Shown here piece after piece: positions 52,168-60,486 of a DNA stretch of 64,000 nt. Below the pieces are notes generated by a model. It worked only from the letters and a program-made list of their open reading frames with translations. It ran no database searches and was not told the origin of the DNA. Where the stretch lies: positions 3,864 through 67,863 of the forward strand of contig JBMORF010000037.1 in NCBI GenBank assembly GCA_049322315.1. Direction: 5' to 3'. Source of the stretch: Thermodesulfobacteriota bacterium. Its GTDB lineage: Bacteria > Desulfobacterota > Desulfobaccia > Desulfobaccales > 0-14-0-80-60-11. The first letter of the stretch is position 1. The number at the start of each line of letters is the position of its first letter. Position numbers and translations under genes: made by a program.

Positions 52168-52395
52168 AAGTTCCGATAAAAACAAAAATTGCAAATTAGC
52201 ACGAATTCTCTTTGTGCACCACCCCCATTACCATGGGGATTTATCCATCCTGAGATTAACACAACGTATAATCCCATACAAGATAAATAATTAAAATTAT
52301 ACAATCTTTTCGGAATGTTCTGGGACGAGGTTGGGGTAGAATTTAACCTATATTTTTAAGGCTGACTTACAGCGCTTGGTTCTTTTGCTCAATAT

Positions 52396-52424
52396 AAAAA
52401 CCGGGGTCCCCGAAGGGCCCCCGG
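52396..52424 (-). terminator. Intrinsic terminator closing the prophage early operon
   Basis: Minus strand: CCGGGGGCCC-TTCG-GGGACCCCGG followed by TTTTTAT, starting 1 nt after the stop of ORF 52426..52635. Confidence 0.65.
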
Positions 52425-52425
52425 A

Positions 52426-52635
52426 TTATTTGTGGCTCTTTAGATCTAACCCCCCTATAGGGGCCGTGGATGCCTCGATTTCTTCATCAGCTTCAAGCCA
52501 GCCATCATTCCAATGGCAGCGAGTATCCGCTGCTTTGTAGGGATTCATTACTTGAAGAACCCCGGCCATTCGATCTTCATATCCCCGCCTTCTGGCCCTT
52601 TTAAGCCTGGCATTTTCGTCAGATAGCCGGGGCAT
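52426..52635 (-). CDS. Rmf/CrpP-fold small protein
   Basis: RRGYEDRMAGV...NPY.....RCHWNDGWLEA parallels the ribosome modulation factor pattern (RGY..G..G....CPY......W..GW.EA). Confidence 0.5.
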   Translation of the reverse strand: MPRLSDENARLKRARRRGYEDRMAGVLQVMNPYKAADTRCHWNDGWLEADEEIEASTAPIGGLDLKSHK

Positions 52636-52636
52636 A

Positions 52637-53041
52637 TCAAGCCGCCTCCTTCACCATCACCTGGATGATTCTTCCCTCTTCAAGCCACCAGACCTGGATC
52701 TCTGGTGCTGGGGAGGGGGCGGCGTAGTCCGAAGTGGCGAAAACCAGGATGGTGTCGAAGTCCTGGCGCACGGCCAGCAGGAAGTCGATCAGTTGGGCTC
52801 TGTTCACGGAATCGAGTATGTCCGCTTCGTCGATCAACAGGAGGCGGACGCCGGCAAGGGTAGCCAGCACGTATTGGATGCAAATTCCTGCCCGGTATTT
52901 GGCGGACTTACGCAGGCAGGCATAAGATGACCTGCGATAGACCTCCAGGTCGACCCCAAGGTTCAGGTTAAAATCGAGGTAGGTTACATGCCCATCTTCG
53001 GCTAAACGAACCCAGACATACTCATTCAGGTTGGCTTCCAT
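52637..53041 (-). CDS. ABC/SMC-type ATPase C-terminal-half-like protein (Walker B only)
   Basis: 134 aa with VRLLLIDEADILD and ILVFATSD but no P-loop. The start is 1 nt after the upstream stop. Confidence 0.4.
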   Translation of the reverse strand: MEANLNEYVWVRLAEDGHVTYLDFNLNLGVDLEVYRRSSYACLRKSAKYRAGICIQYVLATLAGVRLLLIDEADILDSVNRAQLIDFLLAVRQDFDTILVFATSDYAAPSPAPEIQVWWLEEGRIIQVMVKEAA

Positions 53042-53042
53042 A

Positions 53043-54146
53043 TTACTTCACCTTGTTAAAGCCGAATTTTTCGGTCGGCTTGCTCGGAGCCAGCTCCAGG
53101 ACCTTTGGGATGAGGTCTTTGCGCCTTAGCTTTCTCAGACCACTTTCCAGGTTGGTTTTGGTGAGATTGAGGAGACCCCAAACGTGGTCACGCTCAAGGC
53201 CGGCCTCCAGGAGATAATCGATGATCTCCTTCGGGTTCAACTCATAGGCGGTAGATATCTTGGGGCCGTAGACGACGTCTCCCACCGGCACCGGCCCGCT
53301 CTCCTTGACGTAGCGTTTCAGGTTGTTCTTCAGCTCCGTATCCATCGTCTGGATGGCCAGGAGCAGGGTAGCCGTCTTAACTGCGTCCTCCCGGGTAGTG
53401 GGATAGAGGATGTTCACCGGGACGATGGCCTGGGCCATCACCGGGCAATGGGCCATGACCCCGCACCAGCCGCAGAATGACCCGGGGGTCGGTTCAAAGT
53501 CTTTCCGGGTTTCGATCTCAGTGATCCGTTTCTCCAGCTCGTCCGGAACCGTTGCCAGGTCATCGGGGAGAAGAATAACTTCCCGCTCGGCGCCGTACCT
53601 GAGGAAGTGGAGGCGCAGGAGAATCTCTTTCGCATCGGAGTAGCGAGTCTCTCGCACCCCCCAGCCATAGATCCGCAGTTGCAGATTTTTCTCCACCGTC
53701 TCGGGGACCACCCGGTTAGATTTCCAATCCTGCACCACAGCCAGCTCTCCCTGCCGGTAGGTCCAATCCACCACCATCCGAAAAAAGGCGTCATCTCCAA
53801 AATAATCGGTAGGCTTCCAGTTCCGGTCAAAGGCCAGCCTCAGCTCCACCCCAGGGGATTCCATGGGGGGCAAAATGAAGGAGTTGAAGAACCGGGGCCA
53901 GATGTCGAACACATCAGCCGGGGCTTCTTTAGGCGTGAGCCCCTCGGCATAGGACCAGTCGGTCTGGAGATTGGCCCCGATCAGCCGATCCAGATATTGA
54001 GCCGTCAAGTCATGGAGCATCTTTCCGATAACCAGAGCCTCCGTTTCTGCCCGTGGGATCCGCTCGATGTAGATCTTCTGATAGGCGAAGGGGCATTTCT
54101 CGTCCGTCTCCAGCTTACTGAAGGAATAGCTTGGTTTTTTGGCCAT
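53043..54146 (-). CDS. PD-(D/E)XK nuclease, Cas4/RecB-like with a C-terminal Cys cluster
   Basis: N-terminal Cys (EKCPFAY), VVDWTY...VVQDWKS core, CGWCGVMAHC at the C-terminus. Start at MAKKPSYSF (RBS GGAGG). Confidence 0.65.
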   Translation of the reverse strand: MAKKPSYSFSKLETDEKCPFAYQKIYIERIPRAETEALVIGKMLHDLTAQYLDRLIGANLQTDWSYAEGLTPKEAPADVFDIWPRFFNSFILPPMESPGVELRLAFDRNWKPTDYFGDDAFFRMVVDWTYRQGELAVVQDWKSNRVVPETVEKNLQLRIYGWGVRETRYSDAKEILLRLHFLRYGAEREVILLPDDLATVPDELEKRITEIETRKDFEPTPGSFCGWCGVMAHCPVMAQAIVPVNILYPTTREDAVKTATLLLAIQTMDTELKNNLKRYVKESGPVPVGDVVYGPKISTAYELNPKEIIDYLLEAGLERDHVWGLLNLTKTNLESGLRKLRRKDLIPKVLELAPSKPTEKFGFNKVK

Positions 54147-54212
54147 CCCTGCCTCCATGAAAAAGGTAGGGGGCCCGGGAAAGGCCCCCTTTAATTAAAG
54201 GATAGTAAGGGG

Positions 54213-55790
54213 TTAAAACAGCGACTTGCGCTCGCCCTGGGGCCTGGTGTTGCCCCTACCTTGAGGCGGTGGGGTGGTGATGGCAGGACCCGGTTTTCCT
54301 TCCCACCCCGGGGGCACTTCCTCATGGGTTGGGCTCGTGCCGGGGCAATTGGTGCACCGATTCATCCCCTGGTCATCCCGCCAGGTGGCCGCCAGGTCCG
54401 GGTGATAAGCGCACGGGCCGGTGACCGGGGCTGGGGGTGAAGGGGGAGAAGTATCGCGGTCTTCGGCCCCCAGCACCTGGAGGTTTACTACCTTAACCGT
54501 GATTTTAGCCTCTCCAAAGGACTTGACGATCATCTCCGGCGTCAAGCCGTCGGCAATCTCCTTGAGATTCGGGGCCAGGTCCATCACCAGGGAATATTTA
54601 CCGGTACCGGTGTCCCGCTCCCAGCTCCTGAGGGTCCCCAGGTTTTCCGCTCCGGGCTTGTGCGACCGGATAGCGATGGGCACCTTCAAATCCTGGTTTT
54701 TATGACACATCTCCATCAGCTCAGGCAGGGTGACGGCCTGGGGTTCATTCCGCTTGGATTCCCGGGGGATGGTGACGACCTTCTCTCTCACGGGTTTGGC
54801 CGGGGCAGTCTTCGGCTTCTTGGGAGAACCGTCACCGGCCGGAGCAGCATTCAGCCCGGGCGGGACGTAAGGCCCCGGGGGCTGATGGTCCAGGTCAAGC
54901 CCTGTGCCCTCCGGGTAATACTCCTCCGCAGTGGCTTTTTGCTCTTCCACCGGCTCCTGGTGCGGGGCTACCAGCAGTTTGCGGGCCTCCGCCTCCATGA
55001 ACTCCATTTTGATCCGGTGTTCGATCCTACGTTTGGCGATGTCGTAGCCCAACTCAGCCAACTTTTCTTCCTGGCCCCGGTATTCCAGGGACATGATGTA
55101 AACCACCTGGTTCTGGCCGGAGTTGGGCACGGTGACCGTCTTGGGGCTCAAGACCAGATGTAAGGGAATGCCGGAAAGGATCCCGCCGGTGATGGTCTTG
55201 ATCAGGACCAAAGAAGACAGGATGGCGTTGACCGTGTTCCAGGAGGTGGTGCGGAATCGCCAGACACCTCCCACCCGGTCCACTCCTTCCAGGAGCACCT
55301 GCAGGGTGCCCATGGGCTTACACTTGTCCTTCTGGGAATAGGTGGCCTCAAGCCGTTCACAGGGACAAGCCACTTCGCCGTACTCATTGGCGCCGGCTTG
55401 CCTGAAGCCAGAGGAAACGGATTTGTCTTCGATTCTGCCCTCCCCCAACCTCTGAGCCTTCTCCCCGTCCCCGGTGCACCAGCACCGATTCCCCTTATAG
55501 CAGGAGTAACGGGTCGGGAAGTTGAGGTCAATATCATCGTAAAGCAGCCGCACCGGGATTTCGGTGAGCTTCTGAACTTCCTGGACCTGCAGAATGCGGT
55601 CCATCAGTTCCGTATCCGGCATCAGGCGCCCTGCCTGGTCCCGCTGCATGGTGGTGATGAGAATGTAGTCATACTTCACCGGCAGCTTATAGGTCTCTTG
55701 GCTGCCCTGCTTTTTCCGTTCATCCCCCAAGCCGCCGATCTTGATCTTGCCGCGCTCGGCCAGTTGAGGGGTCAAACCTTTGATGGCCAT
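54213..55790 (-). CDS. Phage replication/recombination-module protein, unknown family (annealing protein by position?)
   Basis: 525 aa. Conserved-looking N-terminal ~300 aa (KIKIGGLG..., CWCTGDG, ACPCE), a Pro-rich linker and a C-terminal Cys motif. Adjacent to the nuclease. Confidence 0.35.
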   Translation of the reverse strand: MAIKGLTPQLAERGKIKIGGLGDERKKQGSQETYKLPVKYDYILITTMQRDQAGRLMPDTELMDRILQVQEVQKLTEIPVRLLYDDIDLNFPTRYSCYKGNRCWCTGDGEKAQRLGEGRIEDKSVSSGFRQAGANEYGEVACPCERLEATYSQKDKCKPMGTLQVLLEGVDRVGGVWRFRTTSWNTVNAILSSLVLIKTITGGILSGIPLHLVLSPKTVTVPNSGQNQVVYIMSLEYRGQEEKLAELGYDIAKRRIEHRIKMEFMEAEARKLLVAPHQEPVEEQKATAEEYYPEGTGLDLDHQPPGPYVPPGLNAAPAGDGSPKKPKTAPAKPVREKVVTIPRESKRNEPQAVTLPELMEMCHKNQDLKVPIAIRSHKPGAENLGTLRSWERDTGTGKYSLVMDLAPNLKEIADGLTPEMIVKSFGEAKITVKVVNLQVLGAEDRDTSPPSPPAPVTGPCAYHPDLAATWRDDQGMNRCTNCPGTSPTHEEVPPGWEGKPGPAITTPPPQGRGNTRPQGERKSLF

Positions 55791-55823
55791 AAAAGATTTC
55801 CTCCTTACCCTTGGTAAGAAAAG

Positions 55824-55949
55824 CTATTTGCCTCCGATTAACCGGGCCCCGATGCAGATCGAGGCCCAGCCGCCGATTAAGAGCAAAAAGAGAGCGGCTG
55901 CCTTGAGCCGCTCTCGCCAGGTCCCGCCCCTCAGGGGCCAGAGATTCAT
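55824..55949 (-). CDS. Small membrane peptide (41 aa)
   Basis: Own translation: MNLWPLRGGTWRERLKAAALFLLLIGGWASICIGARLIGGK, preceded by GAGGTGA. Below the ORF-track length cut-off. Confidence 0.3.
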   Translation of the reverse strand: MNLWPLRGGTWRERLKAAALFLLLIGGWASICIGARLIGGK

Positions 55950-55961
55950 GAGGGATTCACC

Positions 55962-57098
55962 TCAAGTCGACATGGGCATGATCATGCTGAAGTAATGGGG
56001 GTCACCCTGCTCAGAGAGCCTGGCCGGTCGATCCGTCTCGTTGATCTCCAAAACCACCTTGTCACCGGTCATCATCGCCAGAGGCTCAAGGAGGTAGCGG
56101 GCATTGAAGCCCATTTCCAGGGGGAATTTGCCGGGGTCGGCGTTCTCTACCGTGAATTGCTGGAGGGCCTCCAACCCTTCACCCACGTCCGGGCTTTGAT
56201 GGAAAACTTCTGCGGTCTCCGAAGAAATCTTAAAGAGCACTCCCTTGAACCGGTCAGAGGTGAGAAGGGAGAGCCTCTTGATGGTGGCAAACAGCTCCTC
56301 CCGGTTAAACGTCAACCTATGCACCGAGGACTCCGGGATGATCCGCTGATATTCGGGGAATTTCTTATCAAGCAGCCGAATGGAGAGGAGCTTCTCCCCG
56401 GCCAGTACTGTCAGCGTATTCCCCTCGATATTCAGAGAAACCTTCTCTTCCTCACCCAGGAACCGGATGATCTCCAGGGCGCCTTTGCGCGAGACCAGGA
56501 TTCCCTTATCTATGCCAATGAGCAAGCCGACAAACTGGTTTTCCCGTTGAATGAGGGTAAGCCGATGCCCGTCCGTGGTGACCAGTCGGAGAAAGGGGCG
56601 CCCATCCTCCTCAGCCGCCACCATAAGAACAGAAGAGAGATGGTATTGAAGGTCGTCGCCGCAGCAGGAGAAGATGACCTTCCGCAGCATCTCCTTGAGC
56701 ACCTTGCTCTCCATCTCCACATAGCCCCCTTCCGGTCTCAAAGGCAGCGGGGGGAATTGGTCGGGATTAATGCCGGAGAGTTTGTAAAGGGATTCGCCCC
56801 GCTTGATCTTCAGGGTGTGGTTCTTGGTACCCTTGAGTTCCAGTTCTCCCACCGGCAGTTCCTTAACCAGGCTGCTGAGCTGGTGGGCCGGGACCGTGAC
56901 GGCCCCCTCCCCGATGATCTGAGCCGGGCAGTACCCCTTAAAGCTGATTTCCAGGTCCGTGGCTCCGATTTCCAGACCGTTGCCGTTGGTCTTGATAAGC
57001 ACGTTGCTCAAAATGGGCATGGTGCCCTTCTTATCCACCACTCCCAGGACCGCGGAGATTGCCTTCACAAAAGTATCCTGATCCGCTCTGATTTCCAT
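55962..57098 (-). CDS. dnaN: DNA polymerase III beta sliding clamp, prophage-encoded
   Basis: MEIRADQDTFVKAISAVLGVVDKKGTMPILSNVLIK... with typical DnaN length and motifs. Start at ATG 57098 with AAGGAGG. Confidence 0.85.
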   Translation of the reverse strand: MEIRADQDTFVKAISAVLGVVDKKGTMPILSNVLIKTNGNGLEIGATDLEISFKGYCPAQIIGEGAVTVPAHQLSSLVKELPVGELELKGTKNHTLKIKRGESLYKLSGINPDQFPPLPLRPEGGYVEMESKVLKEMLRKVIFSCCGDDLQYHLSSVLMVAAEEDGRPFLRLVTTDGHRLTLIQRENQFVGLLIGIDKGILVSRKGALEIIRFLGEEEKVSLNIEGNTLTVLAGEKLLSIRLLDKKFPEYQRIIPESSVHRLTFNREELFATIKRLSLLTSDRFKGVLFKISSETAEVFHQSPDVGEGLEALQQFTVENADPGKFPLEMGFNARYLLEPLAMMTGDKVVLEINETDRPARLSEQGDPHYFSMIMPMST

Positions 57099-57247
57099 GA
57101 GTCTATGCCTCCTTGAAATTTGGGACTTTAAAATAAGCGGTGAGAAGGTCCTCATCCAGGCGCAGCATCAAGCCGCCGCACCTGGCACAGATGGCCGTGG
57201 CGTCGTCCAGGCCGGCGATCACCGGCTCCTTTAGGCCGCAATTTTCA

Positions 57248-58375
57248 TCAGTGCATTGATATTGGTAAACCGGCATTGGTTCCCCCTTCCTGGGTCAGGC
57301 TGGCAACCTCCTGCCGGCTGACATTATCCAGTAGCGCCTTCTTGATAAGGTTGAGGTGATTTATAATCATGTCGATTTTCTGGATGTTGACGGCGGAATT
57401 GCCGTTCAACACCCGGGCCAGTACCCGGCAATCATCCGGGGAGAAGGATTTGACCACCAGCCCGGTTATGGCATCCAACGCCTTTTCCCAATGGGAGACC
57501 TTTTCCAAGTCCTCCTTCTTGGGGGTGGCAAAAAGGAGCGGCTCCTTTTTGGCGTCCACCAGGGCGTTAACAAACCGTCGCAGATGGTTATAAGTTGGGA
57601 GCTGCCCGGCCTTGATTTTCTGGAAAACGATCCCTTGCTCTTCGTGATCCTGCAGACGGCTGATCTCAAAAGCCTGAGAAGGGGAGATGGCCCCATAAAT
57701 CAGGGCATCCTGGAACCTGGGAGATAGGTTCAGCAGCGACAGGCGCTCGTCCACTCGCCACACTTGCTTGAACCCCAACTTTTTAGCCAGGTCCTCTTTG
57801 GTGTAGCCCTTATCCAGCATCTCTTTGAAGGCCCCAGCCTCTTCCAACGGAGTGAGGTCCTGGCGCTGGATGTTCTCGACCAGGGCCATTTCGGCAATCT
57901 GCCTGTCATCCGCTGAAAGTACGCGCACCGGCGCGACAGTTAAACCAGCCATCTGACAGGCCCGCCAGCGTCGCTCCCCGGCAATAAGCATGAACTTTTC
58001 ACCCTTGGCTACCACCACCAGAGGTTCAATCAACCCCTGCTCTTTGATGGATAGGGCCAATTCTTCCAGGGACTCCCGTGGAAAAAACTTGCGGGGCTGG
58101 TCGGGGTTTGGGTATATTGAACTGAGCGTTACTGTTCCCGTTCCAGATTTTTGATTTGAGGGGGCCTGTTTGGGCAGGCTCCCTTCCTTTTTTGCTTTCC
58201 CCTCCTTTCCGGGTTGGGGGTCCTTGGGTTTGGGGCTGTCGCATAGCCCCTCTTTCCGGGTGCATTTCCCGGTCCCACCCGGGATGAGCTTGCCCTTTAT
58301 CGGGCTGGCCTTCTGTTTCCAGAAGTCGCAGGTTGCACAGTCGCCCGTGGCGATGGGCTTTTTCTTCCTGGTCAT
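57248..58375 (-). CDS. ParB/Srx-like N-terminal domain protein with an N-terminal Cys-rich segment
   Basis: GLIEPLVVV...FMLIAGERRWRACQMAGL (ParB box). N-terminal CATCDFW...C...C. Confidence 0.8.
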   Translation of the reverse strand: MTRKKKPIATGDCATCDFWKQKASPIKGKLIPGGTGKCTRKEGLCDSPKPKDPQPGKEGKAKKEGSLPKQAPSNQKSGTGTVTLSSIYPNPDQPRKFFPRESLEELALSIKEQGLIEPLVVVAKGEKFMLIAGERRWRACQMAGLTVAPVRVLSADDRQIAEMALVENIQRQDLTPLEEAGAFKEMLDKGYTKEDLAKKLGFKQVWRVDERLSLLNLSPRFQDALIYGAISPSQAFEISRLQDHEEQGIVFQKIKAGQLPTYNHLRRFVNALVDAKKEPLLFATPKKEDLEKVSHWEKALDAITGLVVKSFSPDDCRVLARVLNGNSAVNIQKIDMIINHLNLIKKALLDNVSRQEVASLTQEGGTNAGLPISMH

Positions 58376-58752
58376 GCTGTCCTCCTTTCATGGAATTTGT
58401 TTCCTCGCCGTTCCACAATGGCGCCCTCCGGAAATTGAGCGGCCACTTGCTGGATCATCCTAATTTCATTGAGAGCCCTATCTTCGGCTTCCTCTAAGGG
58501 ATAGCTCCAGCCCTTGATCAGGTGATCGACCAGCTTGTTGATAAATTCTCCTGCCGGAATATTTGCCACCCTCATGGTGGTGGTGGCTTTCTTGCTATCC
58601 AAGCCAGCTAAGGACCGCCTGCAACCGCAGGGGCCATTGATCTTTTCCCCATCACACTCGAAGGGGAAACCCAGGATCTCGCCCTCATTGCAGAAGTTGA
58701 AGTCGTTTTTCCTTTGCCCCTGAGTCTCGCTCGTTGCCACAAACAGTTTCAT
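58372..58752 (-). CDS. Phage hypothetical protein
   Basis: 126-aa ORF with ATGA coupling to the ParB gene. Confidence 0.55.
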   Translation of the reverse strand: MKLFVATSETQGQRKNDFNFCNEGEILGFPFECDGEKINGPCGCRRSLAGLDSKKATTTMRVANIPAGEFINKLVDHLIKGWSYPLEEAEDRALNEIRMIQQVAAQFPEGAIVERRGNKFHERRTA

Positions 58753-58795
58753 CGCCGCATCTCCCCGAATAAATTGGTTTTTTACTTAAAGAGCT

Positions 58796-59071
58796 TCAGC
58801 TCAGATCAATGGCCCGGCGGTAGGTGAAAAGATCCCTGTCGAAGTTTTCCACCTTGGGGGCGGGGGTATTTTGGAAAGCCGAGAGCATCCCTTTAAGGAA
58901 CCAGTTTATCGCTCCGCCGTGGATGCTCTTGGCCAGAACAGTATCGTTGCCCAGGATCTCGATGGTGGTTCCTGAGCCGGAGCTGCTTGGCCGAGAGCTT
59001 AACTCGATGGCCGGCTGCCCCACCTTTTGCCGATAGCCGTTGATCCGCTGGATCATTTCAGCCAGGCTCAT
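58796..59071 (-). CDS. Phage hypothetical protein
   Basis: 91-aa ORF. Confidence 0.5.
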   Translation of the reverse strand: MSLAEMIQRINGYRQKVGQPAIELSSRPSSSGSGTTIEILGNDTVLAKSIHGGAINWFLKGMLSAFQNTPAPKVENFDRDLFTYRRAIDLS

Positions 59072-59080
59072 GGCATTCTC

Positions 59081-59257
59081 CTAATCTTCCGGGTCTGCCA
59101 GGTCAGCAATACCGCCAAGCAGATTTAAAAGCCCTTCCCTCTCATCACATACGGGTCTGGTAGAAAGCCAGTTGACCTGTTCCTTTAAAAGATCGAGATC
59201 AACGGTAATCACGCCATATTCGGGACGGTCTACATTAGTTAAGGTTGCGGTTCTCAT
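59081..59257 (-). CDS. Phage hypothetical protein
   Basis: Start moved to MRTATLTNV (GGAGGAG RBS). Confidence 0.45.
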   Translation of the reverse strand: MRTATLTNVDRPEYGVITVDLDLLKEQVNWLSTRPVCDEREGLLNLLGGIADLADPED

Positions 59258-59261
59258 GACG

Positions 59262-59573
59262 TTACTCCTCCTGTTCCATCGGCTCCAGAACACTCGACCC
59301 CGTCAGGTTAAAGGCTGCCCAGGCCGGGGTCCGGGCCAGGATGTCGTAACCCTCGTTGTCCACCTCCAGGCAGTCTGGGACCGAATCCTCCTCGATTTCG
59401 AGATAGGCGACGGCCTTCAGCAACTCTTCCCTGGAGAGGTTCTCCCACCGCTCTTTGGCCCACTTGATTTGCTCTTCCCTGGACAAGGAGAAGAACCCTG
59501 CTGGCAAATCGTCTGGTGACAGCTTGACCATCCCCTGGGCCAGGAACCGGATATTTAAACCGTGCGGGTTCAT
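59262..59573 (-). CDS. Phage hypothetical protein
   Basis: 103-aa ORF. Confidence 0.5.
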   Translation of the reverse strand: MNPHGLNIRFLAQGMVKLSPDDLPAGFFSLSREEQIKWAKERWENLSREELLKAVAYLEIEEDSVPDCLEVDNEGYDILARTPAWAAFNLTGSSVLEPMEQEE

Positions 59574-59773
59574 GTTATCGCCCTCACTTTTTCCAACAGG
59601 TCCAGCAGCAGGGCCTCAACTTCGGCCTTGGGGCCAGAAAAGAAGATCGGCGGAACATTGCGGAAATTTTGGCGGGAGACCAAGCCAACTTGGGCAATAT
59701 GCCCACCACCGCTCTCATAAACCTGGGCCCCCTTCAGATTGAACCAGCCGTTGCGGCCTCGACATTCGATCAT
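59570..59773 (-). CDS. Phage hypothetical protein
   Basis: Start moved to MIECRGRNG (ATGA overlap with the upstream stop). Confidence 0.45.
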   Translation of the reverse strand: MIECRGRNGWFNLKGAQVYESGGGHIAQVGLVSRQNFRNVPPIFFSGPKAEVEALLLDLLEKVRAIT

Positions 59774-60288
59774 GGTTTGTTCTCCTCTTTCACCCAATCC
59801 GTCAAAGGTGGATAAGCCGGGAAATCTTCATCCAAGTATCGCCTGATGGCGCTGGCGGATTCTTCTCCCGCATCGTCCAGGGCCAGTAATTCTCGCAGTT
59901 TCATCACGCTAACCACCGGCTCGTAGGCCTCGTGATCAAGGGGGAAATAGTGATCAAAAGTCGGCTCCCCTGGCCGGTAAACCCGAAGCTCCGGGGGGCG
60001 GTTCCAGTCCATAGAACTTGTCCGCTCGAAGGGGATTCCCTTCCGAACCAGCAGTTCCTCCAGGTCGTAAAATTCCCCGTACCGGGCCTCGCTATCGTGA
60101 AAATGAAAGATCCCCTTTTCGATCTCCACGTCTCCATCTCTGTCTGAGCCGTCTATCTCCAAGGGGCCGGGGCCAAACATCCGGGGCTTAAACCGGATGC
60201 CTTGCTCATTTTCCAGGTGCTTCCGCACCTCCTCGTCAATCATGGCCGCGGGAAATTCGATGGTTGCCGATGATGTTGGCGCACTCAT
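59770..60288 (-). CDS. Phage hypothetical protein
   Basis: 172-aa ORF. Confidence 0.55.
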   Translation of the reverse strand: MSAPTSSATIEFPAAMIDEEVRKHLENEQGIRFKPRMFGPGPLEIDGSDRDGDVEIEKGIFHFHDSEARYGEFYDLEELLVRKGIPFERTSSMDWNRPPELRVYRPGEPTFDHYFPLDHEAYEPVVSVMKLRELLALDDAGEESASAIRRYLDEDFPAYPPLTDWVKEENKP

Positions 60289-60338
60289 GGTCTTGCCTCC
60301 TAAAAAATTTGGGGCACCGGGTTATCCCGGCTGCCCCA

Positions 60339-60476
60339 TTAGCTCAAGATGTATTCGATTTGGGCATCTTTACCGTGGTTATTAATCTCAGCGGCCTCCT
60401 CAGCCTTGAGGTCATGGACGATTTCGTCCAACTCTTCCTCAGTCATTGCCTCCAGTTGCTCCCGGGTATAATCCAT
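60339..60476 (-). CDS. Small acidic phage protein (45 aa)
   Basis: Own translation: MDYTREQLEAMTEEELDEIVHDLKAEEAAEINNHGKDAQIEYILS, with RBS GAGGAG. Below the track cut-off. Confidence 0.35.
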   Translation of the reverse strand: MDYTREQLEAMTEEELDEIVHDLKAEEAAEINNHGKDAQIEYILS

Positions 60477-60486
60477 GGCGGTCTCC

